From: Candidatus Hydrogenedentota bacterium
GTDB lineage: Bacteria; Hydrogenedentota; Hydrogenedentia; Hydrogenedentales; SLHB01
DNA length: 64,000 bases
Reading direction: 5' to 3'
Assembly (NCBI GenBank): GCA_963745075.1
Contig: CAVUWV010000014.1
Coordinates: 34,900-98,899, forward strand
The position numbers and the translations under genes are program-made. The notes under the pieces are model-generated. The model saw nothing but the letters and a program-made list of their open reading frames with translations, ran no database searches and was not told where the DNA came from. Of this stretch, positions 27,667 to 35,975 are shown in pieces; positions within the stretch are counted from its first letter, which is position 1; the number at the start of each line of letters is the position of its first letter.

Positions 27667-28935
27667 ATGAAGGGAAAGTTGACGGCAAAGGACATGCCGA
27701 AGTACAAACCCCAGGCGGAACCCTTCGAGGTGAACGATACAGAGCTGAAAGGATTTTGCCTTCGCGTCATGCCGACCGGGGGGGCCACCTACTATTATCG
27801 CTATCGACTCCCGAACGGTACGCGGGGCCGTGTGAAGATTGGAAGCGCGGCGGCGCTGACACCGGCGGAAGCACGCGCGGAAGCCGTCCAGAAAGCCGCA
27901 GACGCAGCAAAGGGCATCGACCCCGGCCTAGACCGTAAGAAAGCCGCACCGTTGACGCTGGGGGCCTTCGTGGAGGATGAATACGATCCCCTGTGGCTAC
28001 GCTCGAAGCGAACCGGCGCGGCTACGCTCCGAAACATGAAATCGGCATTCGCAAGCCTTTGGAACCTTCCCTTGCAGGAAGTCACACCGGGCCGTGTAGA
28101 GAAATGGCGAGCGGCCATGATAGCGGGCGGCGCGAAGCCTACCACGGCAAACCGCTACCTTGACGATCTGCGGTCCTGTCTGTCCCGCGCGGTTGAGTGG
28201 GATCGCGTACCGTCGCATCCTATCGCCAAAACCAAGCGGCTGAAATTCGACCGGGCACCCAAAGTGCGATATCTGGACACCGACGAGGAAAAGGCACTGC
28301 TAAAGGCGCTGGACACCCGCGAGGAAGAAATGCGGAAACGGCGGACAACCTACAACAAGTGGCGGCTAGAACGTCACTATGTCGAATTGACGGACTTGCG
28401 CAAGCTGGCCTATGCCGACTACCTGAAACCCATGGTTATCGTGTCCATGAATACCGGCCTCCGGCGCGGCGAAGTGTTCAACCTGCGATGGGAAGATGTT
28501 GACCTTGACGGGGGCACGTTGACGGTATCGGGCCACGGGGCGAAGTCAGGACAGACGCGGCATGTCCCGCTGAATTCGATTGCACGGGCCACGCTCGAAA
28601 CGTGGAAGGATCAAGTACCTCCGCATGGCTACGTGTTCGCCAGTGCGAACGGGGGCCGTCTGGATAACGTCAAAACCTCATGGGAAGGGCTGATAGAGAA
28701 GTCGGGGATCAAGAATTTCCGCTGGCATGACCTCCGGCACCATTTCGCGTCAAGGCTGGTTATGGCGGGCGTGGACTTGAACACCGTGCGGGAACTGTTA
28801 GGGCACTCCGATTTGACCATGACGTTGCGGTACGCGCACTTGGCACCGGAGCACAAGTCCGAAGCCGTTGAACGAATCGCGGAACCACGGGACGCGAAAG
28901 TTGTGCGATTCCCGAGGAAGAAATGCAGCAAGTGA
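27667..28935 (+). CDS. int: Tyrosine integrase, P4-like (N-terminal arm-binding DUF4102-type domain)
   Basis: GGGGAG RBS then ATG at 27667. N-terminal FEVNDTELKGFCLRVMPTGGATYYYRY pattern. Catalytic RRGE, HDLRHHFAS and LGHSDLTMTLRYAH motifs. Confidence 0.95.
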   Translation: MKGKLTAKDMPKYKPQAEPFEVNDTELKGFCLRVMPTGGATYYYRYRLPNGTRGRVKIGSAAALTPAEARAEAVQKAADAAKGIDPGLDRKKAAPLTLGAFVEDEYDPLWLRSKRTGAATLRNMKSAFASLWNLPLQEVTPGRVEKWRAAMIAGGAKPTTANRYLDDLRSCLSRAVEWDRVPSHPIAKTKRLKFDRAPKVRYLDTDEEKALLKALDTREEEMRKRRTTYNKWRLERHYVELTDLRKLAYADYLKPMVIVSMNTGLRRGEVFNLRWEDVDLDGGTLTVSGHGAKSGQTRHVPLNSIARATLETWKDQVPPHGYVFASANGGRLDNVKTSWEGLIEKSGIKNFRWHDLRHHFASRLVMAGVDLNTVRELLGHSDLTMTLRYAHLAPEHKSEAVERIAEPRDAKVVRFPRKKCSK

Positions 28936-29052
28936 ATTTGAATGCGGAGGATTGGGTATTCTCCAATTCCGGGGACTAGGTTCGCTACCGAAAACCGCGA
29001 CCTTGGCGGCTGTCCCCGGATTCATCACAAGGGCGATTAAAGGAATCGCATC

Positions 29053-29406
29053 ATGCCGAAGAAATCCGATCCCGTCGAAACATGGCTTGCCGAAGTCCAT
29101 ACAATTGCGGAAATGTTCATTCGCTTGGACACCAAAACCACGGCGGGCGATCTGTCTGAAATTCAACAAGCGGCCAAGTCTGCAAGGCGAGCGTTGCAAT
29201 CCATCGAGAACGTGCGGCGCTACCGGGCCGACGGGGATACGGACAACGCGATCCTCGCGGCGGGACAAGTGGAGCGATTCAATTCGTCCATGGGCGCGGC
29301 ACTAAGCGCACCGAACCTCAATCTGAGGCGTAAAAGTGGCGCAAGGCCACCCGGAAAGTCTGAAGAAGCGCACGGATCTAAAAGAGAAGCGCCGCAAGAC
29401 TATTGA
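29053..29406 (+). CDS. Island hypothetical protein (117 aa)
   Basis: ATG after TAAAGGAA. Helical composition. The 3' end overlaps the next ORF in another frame, so the true end is uncertain. Confidence 0.5.
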   Translation: MPKKSDPVETWLAEVHTIAEMFIRLDTKTTAGDLSEIQQAAKSARRALQSIENVRRYRADGDTDNAILAAGQVERFNSSMGAALSAPNLNLRRKSGARPPGKSEEAHGSKREAPQDY

Positions 29407-29608
29407 CAGTGAGATCACGTCACGGTGGAATACCGGCCTAACGCAAGAACAAATTGCCAAGGCGATTGAAAAGAAGTATCACAAAGAAAGCGACGACGAC
29501 GAAGTCCAACTCCGGGACGGTTTCGACAGCCGCACGATTGAAAAGCGAATTACGGAACTCAAGAAACAAGGCGCACTGACAAAGCAACAAAAACCGAAAA
29601 AGGCCTAA
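29336..29608 (+). CDS. Lys/Arg-rich small HTH-like protein
   Basis: GTG start. WNTGLTQEQIAKAIEKK resembles a sigma-region-4 / HTH segment. Basic tail. Confidence 0.5.
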   Translation: MAQGHPESLKKRTDLKEKRRKTIDSEITSRWNTGLTQEQIAKAIEKKYHKESDDDEVQLRDGFDSRTIEKRITELKKQGALTKQQKPKKA

Positions 29609-29728
29609 TGGGTTTTTTGCGCAATTTCTCGCCACGAATTCCCGCCTTTTACTAGGAAATACACAGAATTTCCTACCGCAACCTTCGTACCTTCTTAAAC
29701 AATAAAGACGAGAAGGAGGCACGAAGAA

Positions 29729-29946
29729 ATGCCCACACTGGAAACCCGAATCGACTGCTCGATCCTAAAAGCGCGGCGTATTACATCGGCATGAGCGCGT
29801 CCTTCCTCGCGAACGCGCGGTGTCAAGGCAACCTCGCGGGCCGCACCCCGGCGCCCCCTTACCTCAAAATTGGGCGCACCGTCCGCTATGACGTTGCAGC
29901 CTTGGATAAATGGATTAACGAACGGGCGCAAGAATGCACCCGATAA
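29729..29946 (+). pseudogene. AlpA/excisionase-family HTH protein, apparent -1 frame break near 29755
   Basis: AAGGAGG plus ATG at 29729 opens a 21-codon frame. The HTH frame (LLDPKSAAYYIGMSASFL..YLKIGRTVRYDVAALDKWINER, 29755..29946) has no canonical start of its own upstream of the helix. Confidence 0.7.
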
Positions 29947-29972
29947 CTTGACCACCTGAAAGGATTCACAGA

Positions 29973-30179
29973 ATGGCGACTGCAACAAAGAAACGAGAAA
30001 CCGCAGACCAGGCGCGGGCGCGGATTCGCGCGAAGTTCCCGGACCTTGCAATTTCGGACGTAGTAGACCCAATCGAACGCGACCCGATGCGCGGGTTTTC
30101 CAGTCACCGGCATTTCTTCGGCGCGGTCATGGCAACCCCCGCCGGACTTCCCCGACAGAATCGAGCAATGCGCAAATGA
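29973..30179 (+). CDS. Small protein upstream of the capsid gene (possibly its N-terminal part)
   Basis: 68 aa. Its stop overlaps the next ATG (ATGA). FSSHRHFFGAVMA resembles N-terminal segments of some HK97-type capsid proteins. Confidence 0.5.
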   Translation: MATATKKRETADQARARIRAKFPDLAISDVVDPIERDPMRGFSSHRHFFGAVMATPAGLPRQNRAMRK

Positions 30180-31162
30180 AAAAGTATGCGCGGTTTCTTC
30201 GAGTGAACGGCATCGAACTCAGACTGAAAGCCACGGCGGGATCAGACGAACAGAGCACGTTCGCGGACCCCTACGGCGGCGCCCTTGTCCCTGGCGGGAT
30301 TCTCTCTGCGGATATTCTCGGCACCGGCTCAACATCCGATCCGTTGGCGGGTAGAACCCGGCGCTTTCCCGATGGATACCCGCACCCTGCGAATGGCCTA
30401 CCGCGTAGACAAGGACCACAGCGATTCGGTTTCGGGTGGCACCGTTTGGACGAGGCGCGAAGAGGCGGCTGATATCGCCGACGGTCGTGTTGAGATCGGC
30501 CAATTTCGTTTGGAAGCGTATGCACTCATTGGGCTGAACTTCACGACGAACGAACTTCTTCACGACTCCCCGAGGGCGGTTGCTTCGCTGGTTGCCTCCG
30601 GCTTTCAGACCGAACTCGGATCGCGGCTGCGTGAGATGAACGGCTGAACGGCACCGGCGTTGGCGAATTCGCGGGCATCAACAATTCCCCGGCAATGATC
30701 ACCGTTGAACCGGAAACCGGACAGGCAGCGGACAGCATCGTCTTTGAGAACGTAGTGAACATGCAGGGCCGAATGTGGGGCCAAGGGATTTGGCTTGCGA
30801 ACCCCGACACGCGCGTCTCGCTACTGTCAATCAACAAGGCCGTGGGCTTTCCGGTCTTCGTACCGCGTACCGCTGAAGATGAACCCGACATGCTGCTCGG
30901 CTTCCCGCTGTATTTCAGCGAGCATTGCGAGACGTTGGGCGATGCCGGAGATATCCTGTGCATCAATCCCGCCGAATACTTGGAAGGCGTCTACGAACCC
31001 CTACAGAGCGCGGAAAGCCTTTTCGTTCGCTTTGAATCCCACGAAAACTGTTTCAAGTTCTGGACCAGGAATGCAGGCGCACCCTGGTGGGATGCCGCGT
31101 TGACGCCAAAGAAAGGCGCGAACACTCTAAGCCCATTCGTTCGCTTGGCGGCGCGGGCCTAA
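30176..31162 (+). pseudogene. HK97-family major capsid protein, readable only by joining frames 2 -> 0 -> 2
   Basis: KATAGSDEQSTFADPYGGALVP.. (frame 2), then FPMDTRTLRMAYRVD..GGTVWT..EAYALIGLNFTTNELLHDSP (frame 0), then DERLNGTGVGEFAGINNSPAMITV.. to the end (frame 2). Breaks lie near 30363-30372 and 30630-30640. Confidence 0.8.
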
Positions 31163-31381
31163 CATGCGCGGTATTCTCCGATGGATTCTCAATCTACTCG
31201 CAGCGGATGAACCCGAACCGGCGCGGCGTGTGCTTCACGATTTCCGCATGTGGGAACCGATGGGCACCGAACCGCGCGACGAGGGTATCCACTGCGGCAA
31301 TGTGTCTTCCTCCGAACCCGGCCACGGGGCGCGGCATTGGGTATCGACTCCACCTGATGCCGTGCCCCCGGACGCGGGAGA

Positions 31382-32919
31382 ATGGCGGGGGCCGCGATGA
31401 ACACGGCCACGATACGGCGCAACGGGCACGCTCCTTCCGAAGCGACTATCGCGGCGTGCAAGGCGTTGCTCGGGAGCGCAATCAAAGGCGATGCCGATGC
31501 GGCGCGGGAAATCGCGGCAATACCTTCCCAAGCCTGGCCGGATAAGACGATGCGCGAAGCGGCGCGGCATATCATCGAACTCACGGCGGACGGCGCGGCG
31601 TTGGAACTCCCGATCCTTCTACACCGGCTGGCCGTAGGCGGGAAAGTGAGCACCGGCGACGTTTCGGCACTCACGAAGGCATCACCTGTCTACGATACGG
31701 AGGCCGTTGGCGACATCATTCGCACGACTACCGAGAGCGCGAAGGGCGGCATCTGGCGGACCTGCGGGCCAAGGGCGCTATTTCGGATACGGACCTTCGG
31801 CAAGCACTCGCGGAACTGGACACACACGAAACGGCCGGCAAGACTCCGGCGCTATCCCCGGTTGATACGGCGGAATGGCTCACCGGGGAACCACGGTCTA
31901 TTGAGTACCTATACGACGGGACTATCGCGCGGCGTTCGCTTGTCCTGCTTACGGGTCAGGGTGGAATAGGGAAAAGCGGCGTACTGCTCGTTATTGTGAC
32001 ATCCGGTTGCATTGGGCGGGCGTTGCTCCCTGCGTTTCGACCTGCGGGCCGGTTGCGCGTGCTGTGGCTCTGCTCTGAGGATGACGCAGAGGAAGTCTGG
32101 CGGCGTTGGGCGCGGTTGTCCGAAGCCTACGGACTGAGCGACGAGGATCGCGCGGCCTTCGCGGAGAACCTGCGGTTGTACTGCAACCCCGGTATTCCGT
32201 TGATGGACTCCACAGGACGGATGACGGACGCATACAAGTGGCTTCGCGCGGAAGTTGAATCGTTCAAGCCAGACCTTGTTTGCGTCGATCCGCTATGCCA
32301 TTTCCATCAGTTTGATGAAAACAGTAATGCTGAAATGGCCATCTTTATGTCTCGGTTGCGTGACTTGAGCACGCCACACGGCGCGGCGATATTGGCCGTC
32401 CATCACGTGCCGAAGGATAGAGAGAAGGAAGCAAAGTCGGCGGCGGCGCGTGGGGCTTCATCCATTCGCGACAGTGCAAGGTGCATGTTCGGAATTGTTG
32501 AATTGAACGAAAAGGAAGTCACGGACTACGGCATATCGAACCCCCGGCTATTCGCGCGGCTGGAACACTCCAAGGCGTCATGGACTCCGCTGTCTGACCG
32601 GGCCGTGTTCCTTCGGAATCAGGACGGCGTGTGGTTTGAATGTGACCTGACCGGACAGCGGGAGGAAGCGCAGCGGGAAATACCACCCGCATGGCGCGGC
32701 GAATCGGGGAACTGCTCGCCACGGATTCCGAAGGAACCTATACCCGGAGGGAATTGCAAAGCAACCCTGCGGCGCATGGATTCGCGAGCGGCTGGAATCC
32801 GGAATTCGGTACCAATGCGAACCGGACAACCTACTCTGGATGCTGTCAATCACGGCGTCAAAACCGGCGTGCTTTTGAAGAAGAAATCAAGCAAAAAGGA
32901 CGGCCACGAAGCGTTATAA
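31382..32919 (+). pseudogene. Replication protein: DnaB-N-like domain plus RecA-fold ATPase (RepA / AAA_25-like), frame-disrupted
   Basis: N-terminal domain is in frame 2. From about 31745 the sense continues in frame 1 (RHLADLRAKG..LLTGQGGIGKS Walker A, DLVCVDPL Walker B, AVHHVPKD). A possible further out-of-frame wHTH segment lies at 32691-32790. Confidence 0.7.
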
Positions 32920-32924
32920 CGGGC

Positions 32925-33146
32925 CTGTCCGAAACTCTTGCGGACAAGCGGACAGAGGCGGACAGCGGCGATCTGTCCGAAATTCCAACACCATGAGCAC
33001 TAAGGACTTAGATACTACCCATCGAATTACGGACAAGCGGACAGACAACCTTGAATTGTCCGTAATTCGTAAGTCCTTGCGGCACAATAACTTTGAATTA
33101 CGGACAGGCGAGCCTCAAGGGGGAGAAAAAACGCTGTCCGAAACTC
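32925..33146. repeat. Iteron field (candidate replication origin or operator array)
   Basis: 10 copies of CGGACA/TGTCCG at 32926, 32941, 32949, 32959, 32974, 33030, 33038, 33057, 33101 and 33135. Longer units CTGTCCGAAAYT x3 and GAATTACGGACA in both orientations. Confidence 0.8.
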
Positions 33147-33265
33147 CGCGTTTTTCTTCCCCCACCGGTTATTGGGCGGCGGCGCGGCGGACCTATCGAA
33201 TCAGTTGCGGAAATCATGCCAAGGGTTATCACCTTCACGGACACGGAACAAAAGGAGTCGGCAGC

Positions 33266-33523
33266 ATGAACACGATAGAAATACTTGAACGGGCAAACGA
33301 ACTACTCGGGGCGGAACTGGCCGGCAAAGATCAGGCCAGCACACCGACTACCGCAAGGATATCGAGACAGCAATGTACGTGGTTTGGTCTATGCGCGAAC
33401 GGGAGCGGTACGCGGTGGGCAGCATTGCGGCTCATAACAGCAACGCCCCGTCATGAGCACACGAACCACACGGGCGATCCGCTACACATGCCGTCCACCA
33501 TGCAGCTACGCGGGGCATATTGA
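33266..33523 (+). CDS. Small island ORF, 3' half doubtful
   Basis: AAAGGAG RBS then ATG at 33266 (MNTIEILERANELLGAELAG). An alternative frame ends at 33456 in an ATGA junction with the next gene, so the true 3' end is unclear. Confidence 0.35.
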   Translation: MNTIEILERANELLGAELAGKDQASTPTTARISRQQCTWFGLCANGSGTRWAALRLITATPRHEHTNHTGDPLHMPSTMQLRGAY

Positions 33524-33635
33524 CAAGCCACGGGGCAACGAACCCCTGCAACGGGGCAGAGCGTACTGTCCGCAATGCGGCGCGTTGCTCTATCCCGAGG
33601 ATGTTCGGGTACTGGCGAAGGAGCAAGCACAATGA
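33453..33635 (+). CDS. Zinc-ribbon miniprotein (60 aa)
   Basis: C..C....CPQC pattern. ATGA junction with the next ORF. Confidence 0.55.
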   Translation: MSTRTTRAIRYTCRPPCSYAGHIDKPRGNEPLQRGRAYCPQCGALLYPEDVRVLAKEQAQ

Positions 33636-33835
33636 GCTATATAGGCGTCAAATACCATTGTTGTGCGCATGATTGCCGTTACGAGTTTCGCGAGACCGTG
33701 AACCCACCGGGCTGCACGACGGCCAAGCGAAAGCCTATCGCAGTGCGCGAAGACTATCGCTGTCCTGAATGCGGGCATCCGATGGGCTGGACGTTGACTG
33801 TAGACCATTGGGACGACGACGGAAGCGAGGGGTGA
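33632..33835 (+). CDS. Zinc-ribbon miniprotein (67 aa)
   Basis: HCCAHDC....CPECGH pattern. ATG at 33632 overlaps the upstream stop. Confidence 0.55.
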   Translation: MSYIGVKYHCCAHDCRYEFRETVNPPGCTTAKRKPIAVREDYRCPECGHPMGWTLTVDHWDDDGSEG

Positions 33836-33874
33836 AGCAGATGTTTCCAAAAAAAATAGGGGGGAGGGGGTAGC

Positions 33875-34202
33875 GTGAGCAAGGCATGGGCAGACCTTGA
33901 ACGCGACACGGCAGAAGCCTTGGGCGGCGTCCGTATCAAGCGCGACCTATTCCAGAGCGAGGCCGACGTGTGGCTATCGGACTTCGCAATGGTCTATCGA
34001 CTGCAAGCGGCACAAACGTTGGGCGTTCCATACCCTACTCGATACCGTCAAGCGGAAGTACGGCGGCACAGCGATCCTTGTCACGCGAAGCCACGGCGGG
34101 CGGACCTACGCGACGCTCCCGCTTGAAACCTTCGCGGCGCTGCTCGGGGAAGTACGGGCGGCGCGGCGGACCACGACGAGCACGACGAGGCGGACAGGAT
34201 GA
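33875..34202 (+). pseudogene. PD-(D/E)xK-like nuclease (Hjc / VRR-NUC-like), +1 frame break near 33995
   Basis: Joining the two frames gives SEADVWLSDFAMV + IDCKRHKRWAFHTLLDTVKRKYGGTAILVTRSHG, a D...(I)DxK nuclease-core pattern. Confidence 0.4.
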
Positions 34203-34424
34203 GGCACACACGCAAGCCTTGCGAATTGCGAATCGTTTCATGTGCATCGAAGTACACGAACGGACAAGCAACGCGACAACGGGCCGTGGGCGCTTCCTAC
34301 GGGCGCGGCGGACACCCCATACCGTATAGAGGGGGTCAAGGCTCCAGACGCCAGACGTAGACCACGTCGCGCGCCACGCGCTTGCGTATGTGTACCCCGT
34401 TGTCGAAAAAGTGAGGATTGAGCG

Positions 34425-34892
34425 ATGAACGAACCAAAACCCCCGGCGCACCTGTCCAGAGCAAGCAAAGCATGGTGGAAAGAGATCGTATCCGGTTACG
34501 AATTGGACTCGCATCATTTGAAACTGCTCGAAGGCGCGGCGGTTCAATGGGACAGAGCGACCGAAGCACGAGAGGCTATCGAGCGCGACGGCGTGAGCAC
34601 GGTAGACCGTTGGGGACAAGTGAAAGCGCACCCGGCGGTAGAGATAGAACGGCAAGCTATGACGTTGTTCGCGCGTCTGGTGCGGGAATTGGCGCTTGAT
34701 GTTGATCCCCTGGCGAAGTTGGATGGCCGCCCAGTATCGGCGCGAACGCAGGACGGAGGCGGTAGAAATGCCACGCAAACGGCTACGCTCGAAATCACGA
34801 CGGGCACCCGCGTTGGGCGAATTCAATCTGTACCTTGCCGTGCGGCGTTTCGTTGCCTTCGAGGATACCGAAGCGCAGCGGGCCGGACTTGA
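34425..34892 (+). CDS. Phage small terminase subunit, P27 family (3' end uncertain)
   Basis: PAHLSRASKAWWKEIVSGYELDSHHLKLLEGAAVQWDRATEAREAIERDG..NPA-like core matches the P27-family TerS pattern. The last ~40 codons overlap the next well-supported gene. Confidence 0.7.
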   Translation: MNEPKPPAHLSRASKAWWKEIVSGYELDSHHLKLLEGAAVQWDRATEAREAIERDGVSTVDRWGQVKAHPAVEIERQAMTLFARLVRELALDVDPLAKLDGRPVSARTQDGGGRNATQTATLEITTGTRVGRIQSVPCRAAFRCLRGYRSAAGRT

Positions 34893-35160
34893 CGCGACTC
34901 GCGATTCATGGGAACCGTGGGCAGCACAGATTATCGAAGCACACGCGGCGCGGTCTACCGGTTGTCGCCCGTCGTTTTGGTGGCACTTCGATTGCCCGAG
35001 GGAGCATCGGCACATGGGCACGGTCTACCCGTACACCCTGGCGCATTTCCGCGAACGGTTGGAACTGCTCGAAAGCATGAACGCGCTACAACCCGGCGAG
35101 CGCGAAGCGTTGGAAAGCTGGATTCACGAAAGGGAACAACATGCCACGGGTACGGCGTAA
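34768..35160 (+). CDS. Island protein, paralogue A (MPRKRLRSKSRR...RPSFWWHFDCP)
   Basis: GGAGG RBS 9 nt upstream of ATG at 34768. Shares N-terminal basic motif and RPSxFW motif with the next ORF. Confidence 0.65.
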   Translation: MPRKRLRSKSRRAPALGEFNLYLAVRRFVAFEDTEAQRAGLDATRDSWEPWAAQIIEAHAARSTGCRPSFWWHFDCPREHRHMGTVYPYTLAHFRERLELLESMNALQPGEREALESWIHEREQHATGTA

Positions 35161-35479
35161 ATCAAAAGCACGAAGCACGGAGCGGCTATCCGATTTCGAG
35201 GTAATGCGCGTCGGCAAGTTGGGCGGCGAATTCCTTCGCAAGTATGCGCGGTATTGGCCGGCACACGGCGAAGAGTGGACACGGATGCAAGGGCACGATC
35301 ACCCCGGCACGCGGCCTTCACTGTTTTGGGAACTCGATCACCCGGAACTTATGGGCGAAGTAGCGGAGCTTGGCGAAACCGAGACACTACGGCGGCACGG
35401 ACTTTTGACGGACTATGAAATTGCGAGTTTTGAACGGCGCGAGAGGTTTGCGCAAAAGGGGAGCGACACGGATGAGTAA
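35141..35479 (+). CDS. Island protein, paralogue B (MPRVRRKSKARS...RPSLFWELDHP)
   Basis: 112-aa ORF overlapping the upstream stop region. Motif sharing with 34768..35160. Confidence 0.65.
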   Translation: MPRVRRKSKARSTERLSDFEVMRVGKLGGEFLRKYARYWPAHGEEWTRMQGHDHPGTRPSLFWELDHPELMGEVAELGETETLRRHGLLTDYEIASFERRERFAQKGSDTDE

Positions 35480-35687
35480 ACCATCGGCGGAATTTGTAGA
35501 ACGGCAGGACAAACTCGAATCTGCGGTATCGGCGGCATTCCTTGCCGTGGGCGCACACCCCGAGGAGGCATGGTGGAACCGGGCTTGTAATTCCGCAATC
35601 AGGGAAGCGACCCGAAACGGTCTGTTATGCGTTGCGGACACCCCACGGCGGACGGCGGACCCGGACCCGGACTATTTCGGCGGATGA
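35472..35687 (+). CDS. Small island protein (71 aa)
   Basis: ATG at 35472 overlaps the upstream stop. Its stop overlaps the next ATG (ATGA). Confidence 0.5.
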   Translation: MSKPSAEFVERQDKLESAVSAAFLAVGAHPEEAWWNRACNSAIREATRNGLLCVADTPRRTADPDPDYFGG

Positions 35688-35851
35688 TTCCCTTGGCAAC
35701 ATCGGGATCGCGGCGTGTGGGGCATCCTGGCGCGGCGGGCTACCGATTCCTACCTCACGGGCGACAGCAACGAGAGGAAACTCAGAAGCTGTTGAATCAA
35801 TTGGATGAGCTGCAAGAATTGGCTCAGACTTTGGAACAAGGCGAGGATTGA
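35684..35851 (+). CDS. Small coiled-coil protein (55 aa), last gene of the island
   Basis: ATGA-coupled start. C-terminus QKLLNQLDELQELAQTLEQGED. A decayed homologue exists at 27224..27316. Confidence 0.5.
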   Translation: MIPLATSGSRRVGHPGAAGYRFLPHGRQQREETQKLLNQLDELQELAQTLEQGED

Positions 35852-35886
35852 GGGCATCGGATAGATTCCTTTTGGTTTGGCTTCTC

Positions 35887-35905
35887 GGGTCACATACGGG
35901 TCATA
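35887..35905 (+). promoter_or_regulatory. GGTCACA-N4-GGTCATA repeat near the tRNA-proximal att
   Basis: GGGTCACATACGGGTCATA lies 70 nt from the att core. The first 17 nt are identical to 27617..27633. Confidence 0.4.
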
Positions 35906-35924
35906 ACGTATACTAGACATAATA

Positions 35925-35958
35925 CAGGGACTTACGCTAGCTATTTCGTAAGTCCCTG
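35925..35958 (-). terminator. Hairpin immediately 3' of tRNA-Pro (element-supplied terminator-like structure)
   Basis: CAGGGACTTACG-10 nt-CGTAAGTCCCTG. Same position and architecture as the hairpin at 27390..27422. Confidence 0.4.
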
Positions 35959-35975
35959 ATTTCATTAGATTTAAC

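Noticed and set aside
30176-31162. HK97-fold gene as an encapsulin shell rather than a phage capsid
   Set aside because: The context is an integrase, an excisionase, Rep/iterons and a P27-type small terminase inside att repeats. No cargo-type gene with a targeting peptide is adjacent.
34035-35021. 328-aa ORF on the minus strand inside the island
   Set aside because: It is antisense to terS and paralogue A, which have family motifs and RBSs. All credible island genes are plus-strand. The translation is Arg/Ser/Cys-rich.
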